Assembly: GCA_043228905.1 (NCBI GenBank)
Contig: JBHGNT010000012.1
Coordinates: 8,494,001 to 8,558,000, forward strand
Length of the DNA: 64,000 nt
Direction of reading: 5' to 3'
Source of the DNA: Azolla caroliniana
Taxonomy: Eukaryota > Plantae > Polypodiophyta
The first letter of the stretch is position 1. Every line of letters begins with the position of its first letter. Shown in pieces: positions 33,101-46,203 of this stretch. Made by a program: the position numbers and the translations under genes. The notes under the pieces were generated by a model, which did no database searches, was not told the DNA's origin, and saw only the letters and a program-made list of their open reading frames with translations.

Positions 33101-36100
33101 AATCCGAGGCCTCATCTCCGAGGCTATCTCGGTTCCTCTCATGATTAGCTCGCATTGTCAAGAATTGAACCGACTTTTGACCATCAAGACTCTTCACCTG
33201 AGCGAATGTTGCTCCACTATCGAACACCTTAGTCTCCATCCTTGATGATGTTATGTAGGGTTGCCCAAGAATCACCGAATGGGAAGCCAAATCTTGCACA
33301 AAAAAGTGTTGGTCGATCTCTACATCCCCGATTGTGACTTGAATATTGGGACATGCTCCATAAAGATCTTCGGTTGCCTTCATCGCCACACGAATCTTCC
33401 ATTCTTCACCGGAGTTTCCGTTGTTGCTCTCGCCCAATGGGGTCGTGTATAATAACTGTCCAACTAGATCTTGTTCTTTCTCTTCCGTTCTTGTCGTAGT
33501 TATGATATTGGTTGTCACCTTTGACGAAATTCCCTCTTCCTCATCTGCTTGTTGTCTTTTACATTTGATAAGATTGATGATGGTCTCATGGAACTCCTTC
33601 TTTTCAATTCCAAGTAGCTCTCTCAATGTAAGGTCAATACGGCTATCGAGCACTCTTTCTTCAAGAACCTTTCTTAAGTTAGTTGTTTGTTCAATATCCA
33701 ACCTTAATTTGTATGTTGGCGTCAATCTATCCTTGCCCTTCTTGGCATTCTCTTCAATGGGTTGAGTCGGTTCCTTGGCTCTCTTATTTGAGCTTCCATC
33801 TTCTTGACGTGTGGTCTTGATCATCTCTTCCTTCTTCTTAAAGCTTCTTGTGTCATGTTTCTTAGAAGGGCCTTCTTCTAGATCCGTCCTCTTCCGCTTC
33901 TCATCCACAAACACTTCGTGGTTTCGCATATGACCTCTACAGAGATCACGTTGTTATCAACCGGATCCGCCCACCCGGTAAGGTCTCGTACATCAAGGTT
34001 GGCTAGCTTTGCATCATCTAAATTTATATTCCCTTTTTTTTCGTATTCGAGGACAGTCGGCCAAAACCCCATTCCTGGTTTAATCATTCCCAGCTTCTCC
34101 TTCCTGATTCTTATACCGGCGGATGCGGCATAGTGTATAGCTTCGACGTGGCTCGCATCTGCCTCATCCATGATTTTCTTTAGACCTCCCCTACCGAAAT
34201 TCACTTGCAAGGGCTTTCGAGTCTCACTTGAGTGTATAATGTTGCCTTCCATGTAGACAAGGTTTTGTCAAATTGCCTCTTGAAGGCTAGCACAATCTTT
34301 CCTTGCATGATAAACACTATCCCACCATACACATCAATATGGGTCTTTCCCCTTCGTCCCTCGACGACTCATATTAGCTAACGAAACCACTTTGAATTTT
34401 CATGCTAACTCTTCAATGGCAGAGTTCTCCATCGCTCTTTCAGTCGGCTCGTTTTGCTTTGTCGTCTTAGTTGCTATTGGAGCCTTCCTTCTTTGGACTA
34501 CCGGGCCTGCCATGTCGGAATCATCTAGCCACCGACGGCATTTGTCAAATCGATCACATCCTCTTCTTACCATTGTTGTGAAGAAAACCGGCCAGAAGCG
34601 GAATCGGCGAAGCAGGGCGCATGAACCGACCCTACACTTTTCCATACCAATTAATACCTTTTACATAACTAGGTGTAGGACGGTGGGTGTAAATAGACGG
34701 CAAAGGATTGAAGGATGAGGGAATCCGAGCTTGTTGAAGCTATGGCCGTAGCCGTCGACCGGCTAGTGAGCGCTCGCGAGGGAATGGGTGCCCTCGATAG
34801 GGCCATTGAGTCGATCGTCGGCACCATAGGTTGATTCGGTGGGAAGAATGCCACGAGCTACTTGGAGGCCTACCAGGCCGAAATGATCATGAGGGATATC
34901 TCGGTAGACAGGCGGCTGTCCGGATTCCCTCGGGTGGTGATGCCGAGCATCCACGCAGAGGTGCTCGAGGTGTTGGCCGGATGCCAGACTTGGGAGGAGT
35001 TCGAGTTGCGGCTCCTCGAGATGTATGGGTTCAATGAGTCGCTTTAGCTGTCGAAACGAGATTTCATGGTGTGGGTTGAGAGCCCTAGGAAGGGGAGGAA
35101 CGCGTCAACGCTCCTCTAGGAGTTCGAGAAACGGTTCGCACGGCTGTCAAGGCTGGACCGGACTGTGCTTGACACAAGCCGGGTACTACTATTCGTCAAG
35201 TCGGTGGACGCCATGGACCGGGAGAAGGTGGGTCTCCTGTTGGAAACGGATGAAGGGCTCACGGCAGACTGGGCCATGGTAAGGAGGATCTGCGATCGTT
35301 TCAACAAGTGGTGCGAGTGGAGTGACGAGGGGTCGTCGGCGGCAAGGCCGGTCCCGGCATGGGAGCTCGAGGAGCCGGTGTCAGTACAGACTAGGAAGGA
35401 AGAAACTCGGAGTTGGTTTGAGACAGGCTAATCCTCGAGCGGAGTGGTCAAAGGTCCCTCCAGAAGCGTGGCTCTAGAAGATTTGTCGCAGATGGTGCGA
35501 GATCTCCAAATCACACAGGTCTAGAGGGAATCGACGAACAGTCTCGTGACCGAAGGCCGCCGACGGGCGGTGGTGCATGTGGTGTGACGCGGTCGGCCAC
35601 ATCCGGAAAGAATGCGCGGATTTTGCCGAGGCACTCAGGACCAACGTGGTGTACCTCTGGAACAGGCAGGTGCATGCAAGCGAGACCTGGAAAGCCCTAG
35701 AGTTGAATATGGGGCGCGGCGGAATGAAGTGGTTGATGGAAGAGGCTGCGGCACGACATGCAGAGGCCGTTAACTACTCGACGTCGGCGGGAATCCGAGT
35801 CGGGGTTGATGAGGCCCGGAAAGCGAAGGACTCCGGATTTTGGCTGCTGGTGCTATAGGGTCTCTTCGAGGTACGACTGAAGAAGGAAGAGGCAGACCGC
35901 GCGGAACAACGGATCTGGGAGGTCACCGGATGGGATGACTCGGTGGAAGAAAAGACTGGCTTCGTTGCACCCGCATGCTAGAACTACGAGGTTGTGGTTG
36001 AAGACAAGCACGCGGGAAAGGCTGGAGGGGGCGGCCCCTCGCAGCGGTACGAGAACCGGTTCGGACCGAAGCTGAATGAGGCCGCCAACGCCGGCGCATC

Positions 36101-39100
36101 GGAGAAGAAAAAGCAGGCCGGTTTTCGGCTAAGCACCGAAATCGAACGAACAACGGACTTGCGGAAGGTTCATGGAAGAGAGAATTCTTGATAGCAAGGT
36201 CGAGCTGTCGTTATGGGAGGTGTTGGGAATCGCCAAGGAGGAGTTCCACGACTCCATCGTGGACTTGGTGAAGCAGAAGAGGCTCTCGATGGAGCCGGAA
36301 CCGGAGAGGCCGGTGGAAGTGCCGACGACGCACTTAGAAGACACGGCCCTAGAGGATGAGTTGGCGGAAAGCCATTACGCGAAGCCACATTGGGCTAGGG
36401 CCACTACGGAAACCATTGTTCGGATCGACGACGTCCAGGAGCCAGTGGTGGCATTGGTAGACCACGGTTCGGAGATCAACCTGATGTCCATGGACTTCTA
36501 TAAAAAGGGGAAATGGCCGATCAACACCAAGCACGGGTGGAAGATACGCGCGATGACACGCGCTACAGAGGAGCTGCATGGTGTGTGCCCGAACGTACGC
36601 GTGAAGTTTGGCGACGTCGAGATAGATCAACATTTCTTCGTACAGGAGATGTCCTCGCATCCGGTAATTCTCGGTGAACTGTACATTACGGAAACACGCA
36701 TGGAGACGAAAGTATTGGACAACAGTTTGGCGTATATGCGCGTCAAGAGCCAAGACGGTCGGCATTCCATCCAATTCATGACAGTGCGACCCAACCACGA
36801 GTGAAACCGCGAGACCCTCGGCGGCGACAACCGAGGGGATTTTTAGAGAGGGCTATCAAGGTGTGGGGCCGCGATAGTCCAGACACCCCGGAAGAACCCC
36901 ACACATGTATTATAGGTAGGAAATTGTGGCTCTCCGAAAACGGAGGTTGTACGTTAACCGGCATCAGTAGCCAGGAGAGGAAGCGGGTGGAGAGATGACT
37001 TAGGGTGTGTGGAGTCCTCTTCCCCGACGAAGAAATTAGCGGCGCCGTGGAGGCGGTCTCTTTTGACGACACCTTGGGCGAATTACGAAAGGTGGTCGGC
37101 GAAGGGCTTAGCGAAGACCGGACCGTTCTGGTTAGCTCGATGGGAATGTATGAAGTCATCGCGTACTTCGGGGAAAGGATCGGGTCGGATCGAACGGCTC
37201 GCGTGGATACGAAGTACAAGACCGTGGACCAGAAGGTAAGGCCAGTTGCGGCACCCTTGCCGGAGGGCAGCGTAGAGCGGATAAAAGGGGTCGCGTCGGA
37301 CCCAAGTTTACAGAATCCAACTGGCATAGGGCACCGGTTCATCGACATAACGCTATGGGAGCTCAAGGTTGGTGGGGGTGGCTTTCTACTGCCGGAGGAG
37401 GAGGACCAGTTTCGGTGGATGCTCGGAAGGCACGAGAAGGCCTTCACATTCTCGCCGGAGGAGATCGGGTGCGTAGACCCGACGATCGTCGAGCCAATGG
37501 TGATCTTCACGGTACCACATGTGCCATGGAATCTCAAACCGACTCCGGTGCCCAGAGCTCACATCCCGATGTTGATGGAGCTACTGAAGCAGAAGGTGGA
37601 TATGGGCATCCTCGAACCGTCGAGTGCCCCATACTCGAGTTGGTGGTTCACGGTGCCAAAGAAGAACAACACGTTGCGCTTTATACAAGATCTGCAACCG
37701 GTCAACAAGGTGACCATCCGTAACGCAGGAATCAGGCCGACCCTAGACGAGTTCGTGGAGGCCTTCGACGGAAGGTCAATCTATTCGGTCAGTGACTTAT
37801 ACTCGGGGTACGACCAATTCCAACTAGTTGTAGAGAGCAGGGACATCACGACAATGCAGACTCCTCTCGGCTTGGTGTGGATGTGTACCCTACCGCAAGG
37901 AGGAACGAATTCGGTGGCGCACATGGTGAACGCAATGAACAAGGTGCTAAGGGATTGCATCCCAGACATAACTATGTCGTTCCTAGACAACGTACCGATA
38001 AAAGGGTGTCTGGTGGAGGATGCAAACAAAACGGTCGGGCCGGACGGATGCCAGAGGTTTGTCGTGAACCACATCAACGATTGCGATAAGGCGTTGCAGA
38101 GGCTCGAGAACGCACGACTCACCTTCTCTGGAGAGAAATCAGTGTTTGGGCAGACGGAGATCCTGGTAGTCGGACACCTGTGTGGGCCCTATGGCCGGAA
38201 ACCGTCCCCGGCAAAGGTAGAAGCCATCTCCGTGATGAAGGACGATTGCGGGTCGGTTACAGAGGTCCGCAGATTCTTGGGTGCATGCGCGTTCTACCAC
38301 ATCTGGATTCCGCACTACGCACATGTCGCGGAACCGCTCTACGGGCTACTGAAGAAAAGGCGTAGGTTCGAGTGGGGGTCGGAGCACACGAAGTTGGTCC
38401 GGAGACTGAAGGAGGTGCTTGTTGGGGCACCAGCTCTCCAGAAAGCGGTTTATGGCAAGGAAGTTTCCATCTACGTGACAATGGACATGAGCCCGACCGG
38501 GATCGGGTGGGTGATCGGTCAGAAGGACAAGGACGACGTACGGTTCCCGATCCGGTTTGGGGCGAAGGTATTGAGCAAGCGGCAGTGAGGATACGCCCAA
38601 GTTAAGCGCGAGCTATGGGGTATCGTTTCGGCAGTTAAGGCCGACAAAGACTATCTGATCGGGACGGAAGTAATCATTGAGACGAACTGCCTACCGATTC
38701 TGGGTATGGTTTCCGGATGCGCGACTCCGGACCTGGCGATGCTCAGGTGGATCGCGTACATCAAGTCCCTGAACCCGGAGATACATCACATCTCCGGGAA
38801 GGATAATGCCATGGCCGATATGCTTTCAAGGGCGCGGTTAAGCAACGAGGACGGCATGGCTTCGGATAACGAGGAAGTCGGCGTGGACTTCTTCGAGGCG
38901 GCTTACGTAACAACAAGAAAGGGGAGCACTTCGGCGCTTAACGAATTTGACGAGAGCAAGTACGACGGGGAGTGTCTCCAGATCGGCGGGTTCCTAAAGA
39001 TAATGACACCGGACACGATGTGGACGAAGGAAGAGACCAACCGGATTCGGAAGAAAGCGTACTGATTCTTCCTACAGGATGGGAGCATATGGAAGCACCC

Positions 39101-41650
39101 GAAGAAGAGAAACGACATCCCGCTCCGAGTGGTGGTGAAGAAAGAGGAATAGGAAGAATTGATGATGGCGTACCACGAGAGTCCCTGGGATGGACACCGC
39201 GGGACGTGGGCCACATTTGAGAAACTAAAGGGGAAGTATTGGTGGCCGGGGCTATACCGGGACATGTATCGGTTCGTGACGACTTGCAAAAGCTATGAGG
39301 TGCACTCCATAGTTTGACATCGGGACGAGCTTCACCCGACTTACCCTCTGTCTGTCCACTTCAAGTGGATGGTGGATCTGGTGACGATGCCGATGGGGGT
39401 AGGGCAGATGCGGTATTTGGTGCTGGCTCAGGAAGACTTGATGAACCAGGTGGAAGGCCGAGCATTGCAGAACAAAACGACCGCGTCCGTGTGCCGATTT
39501 CTGATCAAAGAAGTGGTATGCCGGTACGGGTGCGTAGGTAAGATCGTGGTGGACCGCGGAGAATTGGACGCGCGAGAGGCGGAAGAGCTATTTGACCGGC
39601 TAGGGATTAAACTCTCGCTCATCACAACGTACAATCCGGAGGCTAACGGGAAGGTGGAATGCGGACACGGGCCGATCGTCAAAGCGTTAGTATGGGCGTG
39701 TGGAGGCCAAGTTGGGAACTAGCCGCGACTGTTACCCTATGCGTTGTGGGCGTACCGGACTACGCACAGTTCGGTGACGGGGTTCATGCCGACGGAACTA
39801 ATATACGGGAAGAAGCCGATCATGCCGATGGAACGAACGATTTCTTCGTGGGCCGCGGTGGGCTGGAAGGATGAAATGAGCCGAGAAGAGTTGTTGGCGG
39901 CACGGATCCGACAACTTGAGCGAAGGTCGGAGGATGTGGAACGGGTGAAGGAGAAGCTGCGCGCGACAAGGGAACGAAACAAAACCTGGTTCGATCGGAT
40001 GCACCGGCTATGACCGAAGAAGATCGAGGAAGGCGACTGGGTGCTGGTTTATGACAGCAGCCTCGACAACCAACACAAGGCGACCCGCAAATTTGCGAGG
40101 AGATGGTTCGGGCCCTACACGGTGACGACCACGAACGACAACGACACATACCATCTTGCGGAGCTCGATGGGACACGATTGGCGGTGCTGGTAGCCGGGA
40201 AGCAGATTAAAGCGTTCAAGAAGCGGTACGAAGACGAGCCAGAGCGGGGGAGCGATAACGACGAAGATCGGTTTGGGGACGCCGATAATTCGGAGAGCGA
40301 CGAGTGAACGCGAGCCGGTTTTCTCCGGTATCTGTCCCTCTCCGGCGCATACCGGTGGATGCACGGTTTGGTGGGGGTGGATGTCGTGAAGAAAACCGGC
40401 CAGAAGCGGAATCGGCGAAGTAGGGCACATGAACCGGCCTTACACTTTTCCATACCAATTAATACCTTGTACATAACTAGGAGTAGGACGGTGGGTGTAA
40501 ATAGACTAGATGTGACACATTGAATGTCTAGGAAATCAAAGAGTATCTCTATCCGAAAGGACAGAGAATAAATTGATGAAAACGAGGGTGCAACAGCCGG
40601 CCTCGACAACCTATAAAGGGGAAGGAAGAAGGCAGATGAAGGCATCACGTTTTGGGGAGTGAGGACGAAGTGATGTCGGACTGGGACCGAGCTCTCTCCT
40701 CCATCGTTCGTCATTCTCTGGAGGATTTTGGACTGAGTTGGCTCTGCTTCATGGACAACCTGTGTGCTTCCGGCAGAGGCTCCACAGTGTAGTCAGGCTG
40801 TATGCGTACGTAAGAATCGTGTGTGTGTGTGTGTTCGCCTGAGTTGGGTTCGTTGCTGGCTTGCCGGTTATAATCGTTATTGATTTTGTAATTAAGACTT
40901 TGTTCTCTCTCTATTTCTCCTTTTGTGTTCCTGCAAGCTGCTCTCTCTCTCCGTCTCTTCTTTCTCACGCTCCTTGGTTCAAGGCCCTTGCGGTCCCGCC
41001 TCTTTCCACACGCGAAGAGCATAACAACTCGACACCGTAACCCAATCCGTTATGAGACCATTGGGTTGTGTTTTGTCCTCTAATAGACTACCTAGTTCTC
41101 GTCTATCTTTTGCATCCACCGCCTTTAAGAAGTACAAAACTTTATCTCCTTCGAGAAGTGTTTGGTCGGTTCTTGGGAGACGGTTGTACATTGGTCAAAT
41201 TCGGTGTACACTCTCAATGTGTTCATGTTCTTCCCCTTCTTCTCGATCCACTTTATGAAGATTCATCCTCGATGCATCTTCAAGCATATATTCAGCCAAA
41301 AGCGCCATTTCAAATCCCACCCATGTTGTTTGGGCGGCTTGAATCTCCATTATACGGCCTTGTAACCCAATTGCTACGATAGACTTGAAGCTTGATATTT
41401 GCTTCTCTTCGATGACTTCACGTTATTGCATCTCCGCCTTGTATGTAGCGAGAAAATTCGTAATGTTTCGTCCACCAAATTATCTAAGCTTGCATCACTA
41501 TCTCGAGCTCTCATCATATGCTCGACAATATCCACCAACTTCGCCACTTCATCAACTTGGGTGTTTGTCGAAGAAGCCATCTTCTAACCTTCTATTTCAA
41601 GCACTTGATCCTTCCTACCACCTCTTCACGTCGGGTTCACCACTTTATTA
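30133..41650 (-). mobile_element. Gypsy element C (tRNA-Trp-primed lineage), older AT-richer host, interrupted by F
   Basis: PBS 41625-41642, gag from 41580, gag resumes at 34573, protease ends at 33096, RT-RH ORF 30935-32650, integrase to 30133 continuing at 1276-1204. Confidence 0.88.
34574..41034 (+). mobile_element. Gypsy element F (close relative of B), degenerate; 5' LTR and PBS largely deleted
   Basis: 5' LTR stub 34574-~34698 matches 3' LTR 40382-41034; PPT GGTGGGGGTGGA 40370-40381; TSD CCAT/CCGT (4 bp, 1 mismatch); gag-PR 34715-36845, pol to about 40307. Confidence 0.9.
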
Positions 41651-44502
41651 TGTCGTGAAAATCTGTCACTATGTGCGGATCCTGAAGCGGAACCGCCGGG
41701 GTTATGGATGGGAAGGAAATAGGGCTCACACGCACAACACAAGGAAGTTTTACAAAAACAAGGCACGAGTATTCAAACGCATTTGTGAAAAGGAGAGGTG
41801 CATGGGCAAGCTCGAATCAACCCCTAGTCACAAGGCGAACGAATGCACGTGAGAAAGGCTTACACACGGACACACAAGGAAAAGGCTTACTTACACACAC
41901 AAGAGACAAAGTTTCGAACGTGTTTGTGAAAAGGAGAGGTGAATGGGCAAGCCCGAATCAACCCCTAGTCACAAGGCGAACTAATGCACGTGAGAAAGGC
42001 TTACACATGGACACACAAGGAAAAGGCTTACTTACACACACGAGAGACAAAGTTTCGAATGCCATTGTGAAAAGAGAGGTGCATGGGCAAAGCCCGAATG
42101 CTCTCTTGTTACAAGACACACGGAGACAGAAGCAAGGTTTAGACACGGGAGACACAATTTCGAATGCCTTTGTGAAAGGAGAGGTGCATGGGCAAGTCCG
42201 AAGCGCTCCCTTGTCACAAGACACACAAACAAATAAGCACAAATGACAATAACATATAAGACACACCATTTCGAATGCCTTTGTGAAAGGAGAGGTGCAT
42301 GGACAAGTCCGAAGCGCTCCCTTGTCACAAGACACACTAACAAATAAGTACAAATGACAATAACATATAAGACACGTAAATTTGAATGCCTTTGTGAAAG
42401 GAGAGGTGCATGGGCAAACCCAAAATGCTCCCTTGTCACAAGACACACAAATAAATAAGCACAAATGACAATAACATATAAGACACGTAAATTTGAATGC
42501 CTTTGTGAAAGGAGAGGTGCATGGGCAAGCCCGAAACACTCCCTTGTCACAAGACACACAAACAAATAAGCACAAATGACAATAACATATAAGACACGTA
42601 AGTTTGAATGCCTTTGTGAAAGGAGAGGTGCATGGACAAGCGTGAAACACTCCATTGTCACAAGACACACAAACAGAAAAGCACAAATGATGATAACATA
42701 TAAGATACGTAAGTTTGAATGCCTTTGTGAACGGAGAGGTGCATGGGCAAGCCCGAAACGCTCCCTTGTCACAAGACACACAAACAAATAAGCACAAATG
42801 ACAATAACATATAAGACACGTAGGTGAAACCAAACATTAGTTTATTACAATATAATAGATTCTTTTATAAAATAAGAATCAATTCTACAACGGGTTTGAT
42901 ATGAATATGAGAGATAATTAAGAAAGGAAGGGGGAAGAGAGGTGGAGGAAAGATGAGAGTGGAATATAGAAGAAGGTGATTCTTTGTTGATGATGCCTCT
43001 TGATGTTGTTGATCCTTCTTCTTTTCCTTCCAATTGAGTAGAGCTTCTGCGTTCCTTCCCCCTTCCCCCTTTATTCACTAGAATAGGCTCTTATTTATAG
43101 GTTTAGGATTGCTTGCCTTTTTCCCCTAAAAAAAAAGCTTCTCTATATGAGTCGACTTTTCTTTTCCTCACTATTTCTGTTTTCTAGCCCCAAATTTCAC
43201 ATGCAAGATATTCTTGAAAAGCTCTTTGGGTTAGCTTTCTTATGAATCTTTTCTTTTCTAATTTGGACATCTGATGAGGAAAGTATGAGCTTTTTTCTCT
43301 ACTGTGATCCTCATACCCACGCGTGCTTTTTTTTTTCTCTCCATCTTTTTCTCTACTTTTCTCTACTTTTGAAAACCGCCTCTAATTTAATATTCATCAT
43401 TATTTATTGTAATGTTCAATCCTTTGACCTTTTATTTATAAGGAATTATATTTGACAAAATGAAAAAGTATTTTTGTTACCAATAAAGTTGACTTCACAA
43501 TACTAGTTTATCTAAACTACTATTTTGCTTCTTTTCGAGGGTAGTTTCACACTGTGTTAGAAACATCACAATAACGTTGCCTAAAGGTTTTCCAAGATCT
43601 GGTACGCCCCCCCAAAAGGAATTGATCATGGATATTTGGTTCACGATTATCAACTACATACGAGGGTAGTTGGACGAGGTTTACAACCACTGCGACAACA
43701 TGGTCATTGCTTGCTTACGTTTTTGGCAAAAATGGAGGAAGATGTTGTCCAGGATATCCTCGTGTGTTCGTGAAATGAAAAGGGACCGTTGGGGTGCTGG
43801 ACCGGAAGGACTTGATATTTTACTAGCGTAAGTGAGAAATTATTTACTATAGAGAGAGACGAAAATTCCAATTCCAAGTTTGAACCCTTGACTTCGATTT
43901 TGAGAGACAAGACACATTACCAATAAGATAACTAGGTTTCTTTTGTGTTGTTTTTTTTATTCAATACATTGCTTGATTCCCCCCTTTCTTTTTCTTTCTT
44001 TCTCATATAGATACCCCCATGCATATGATGTATGTGAGGGTACAAGACATGCATACAATGGATGGAATGCATGCGATGCATGATATCCATTTGGCGCTTC
44101 ATGCACTACATGCGATGCATGATAATCATGTCACTCATTCAATCTCTCATGTATGAGAATTTAGATGTGAAAAATATAATGATGAAAATATGGTTTTAAA
44201 GAAACAATTGTTTCCTATCTTGGAGGTGCAAGGTTCAAAACCCTACTTGCACCCCTCTGTATGCACAAAAATGCCACTAGGCCCTAGGCTTATTCTTATA
44301 TTTTGTGTAATGTGCACCTAAACGCACATCACATGTGCACATGTTTAACCTTACATCTAGCCTTTCCTTTATGATTCTCATATTTACAACATGCTAACAT
44401 ACGCGTGTAACTATAACCTCTTTCATACGTGTGCACATTGCACCTTCTTAATTTTGTTCGTTCCACGCGATTTTCACACCGTTGCTGAGAATCTTCACGA
44501 CA
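41651..44502 (-). repeat. Long (2.85 kb) LTR or composite LTR flanked by a PPT on one side and a PBS on the other
   Basis: Terminal inverted repeats TGTCGTGAA...TTCACGACA, minus-strand TATAAATA near 43095, PPT at 44503-44514, PBS at 41625-41642. Confidence 0.7.
41740..42822. repeat. Tandem array inside the LTR: six 111-bp units plus three diverged 105-141-bp units
   Basis: GCCTTTGTGAA(A/C)GGAGAGGTGCATGG at 42166, 42277, 42388, 42499, 42610 and 42721; variants at about 41779, 41920 and 42061. Confidence 0.95.
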
Positions 44503-46203
44503 TCCACCCCCACCAACCCGCACGTCCTCTGGTATGTGCCAAGAAGAGAGTCTGAGATTTCGGCTACGGTGATCAATCGGATTCCTCCACGTCCTCATTG
44601 ACCTCACACACGTTTGTGGGTTCCGCCCTACCATCTTCATCGTTGAGGTGATGGAGGTCAAGACCCTCGTCTTGTTGAAGATTTTTACTCTTTTCCCCGC
44701 AATGGGTATGGCCAACTTTGATTCGTCTAGCTCCGTGAGGTGGTAGGTGGCATTGTCATTGGCACTCATCACCACCTATGGTCTGAACCACCTTCTTGTG
44801 AACTTTCTTGTTGTCCTGTGTTGGTTGTCAAGGCTGTTGGCGTAGACCAATACCCAATCTCCTTCTTCGATCTTCTTGGGGCGCAGTCAATGTGTCTTGT
44901 TGAACCGAATCTTTGCCTTCACTCAGACTGCCTCCATTATCTTTTGCGCATTTTCTAGATCTTCGGGCCTTCTTTCCATCTACCTTATCCGCATCGCTAG
45001 TAATTTTTCTTGACTCATCTCGTTCTCCCATGGTATCATTACCCATGAGGCGATCGTCCTCTTGATGGGCCTTAATGGCTTCTATCCATACATGAGCTCT
45101 ACTGGCATATAGCCTATCACAGAACTGTGTGTAGTTCTGTCGGCCCACAACGCATAGGGCAATAGTCACGGCCAGTTCCCGACTCGACCGTCGCATGCGC
45201 ATACGATGGTTTTGACTATTGGCCCATGCCCTCGCTCAATCTTCCCATTCCCTTTCGGTTTTAGGCAGTTGTGAGGGAGAGCTTCATGCCCAGTTGCTCG
45301 AAGAGCTCCATTGCTTTGTGTGTATCTAGCTCCCCTCAATCGACCACTATCTTTCCTACACATCCATATCGGTAGACGACCTCTTCGAGTAGAAATTTGC
45401 AAACAACTAGCGTCATCTTATTTGCCAGTACCAAGTACTTCATCTATCCCGTTCCTATTGGCATCGAGACTAGATCCACCATCCATTTGAAGTGTATGGT
45501 GAGTGGGTATGTTGGCTGCAACTCATCACGGTGACATATGTTCGAATGTACTCGGCAGTTTTCACATGTGGACATGAAATAAAGTACATCTTTGTACATG
45601 CTTGGTCACCAATACTTCTCCTTCAGCTTTTCAAATGTCGCCCATGTTCCTCTATGAGTTGCCCAAGGACTCTCGTGGAATTTAGATATCAGCATTGCTT
45701 GGTACTCTCTCTTTACCACTACTTGGCGTGGCATCCTTGTCCTTCTCTTTGGGTGCCGCCAGAGGAATCCACCCTTCAGAAAGTACCGGTAAGATTTCTT
45801 CCGGATTCGTGGAGCCTCCTCCTTCGTCCACGAAGCATCTGTCGTCATTGTTCTCAAGAACTTGTCGATCAGTAACCACTCTCCTTCATACTCGTTCTCG
45901 TTGAAGGTGTGGAGGGTTGGTGTGCTTTTGTCTTCCACCGACAGTCTGGCCGTCTTGAAGAAGTCGCAGGCGATGTCTTCATCTTCCGAAACCATGTTAT
46001 TCTCATCCTCGAATCTTGCTCTTGACTGCATGTCGGCCATGGCGTTGTTCTTTCCTGCAATGTGGTGTATCTCTGGGTTCAAAGATTTATATAAGTGATC
46101 CACCTTAGCATAGTCAGATTTGGTGTCGCACATCTTGAGATCATCCCAAGGATTGGGAGGCAATCCGTTTCAATTATCATTTCTGACTCGATCAGGTAGT
46201 GCT
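44503..46203 (-). pseudogene. RNase H-integrase fragment of another element of the B/C/F lineage
   Basis: HIAGKNNAMADM, FHESPWATHRGTWATF, NGKIERGHGPIVK and NATYHLTELD motifs. Confidence 0.88.

Noticed and set aside
41740-42822. CRISPR-like periodicity
   Set aside because: Whole units repeat with no unique spacers, no cas genes, and the context is eukaryotic.
41958-42833. Long Cys-rich ORFs (291 and 251 aa)
   Set aside because: Artefact of a 111-bp (37-codon) tandem repeat inside an LTR.
43270-43290. CTGATGAGGAAA hammerhead-like core
   Set aside because: No stem II and no flanking helices or cleavage triplet could be formed.
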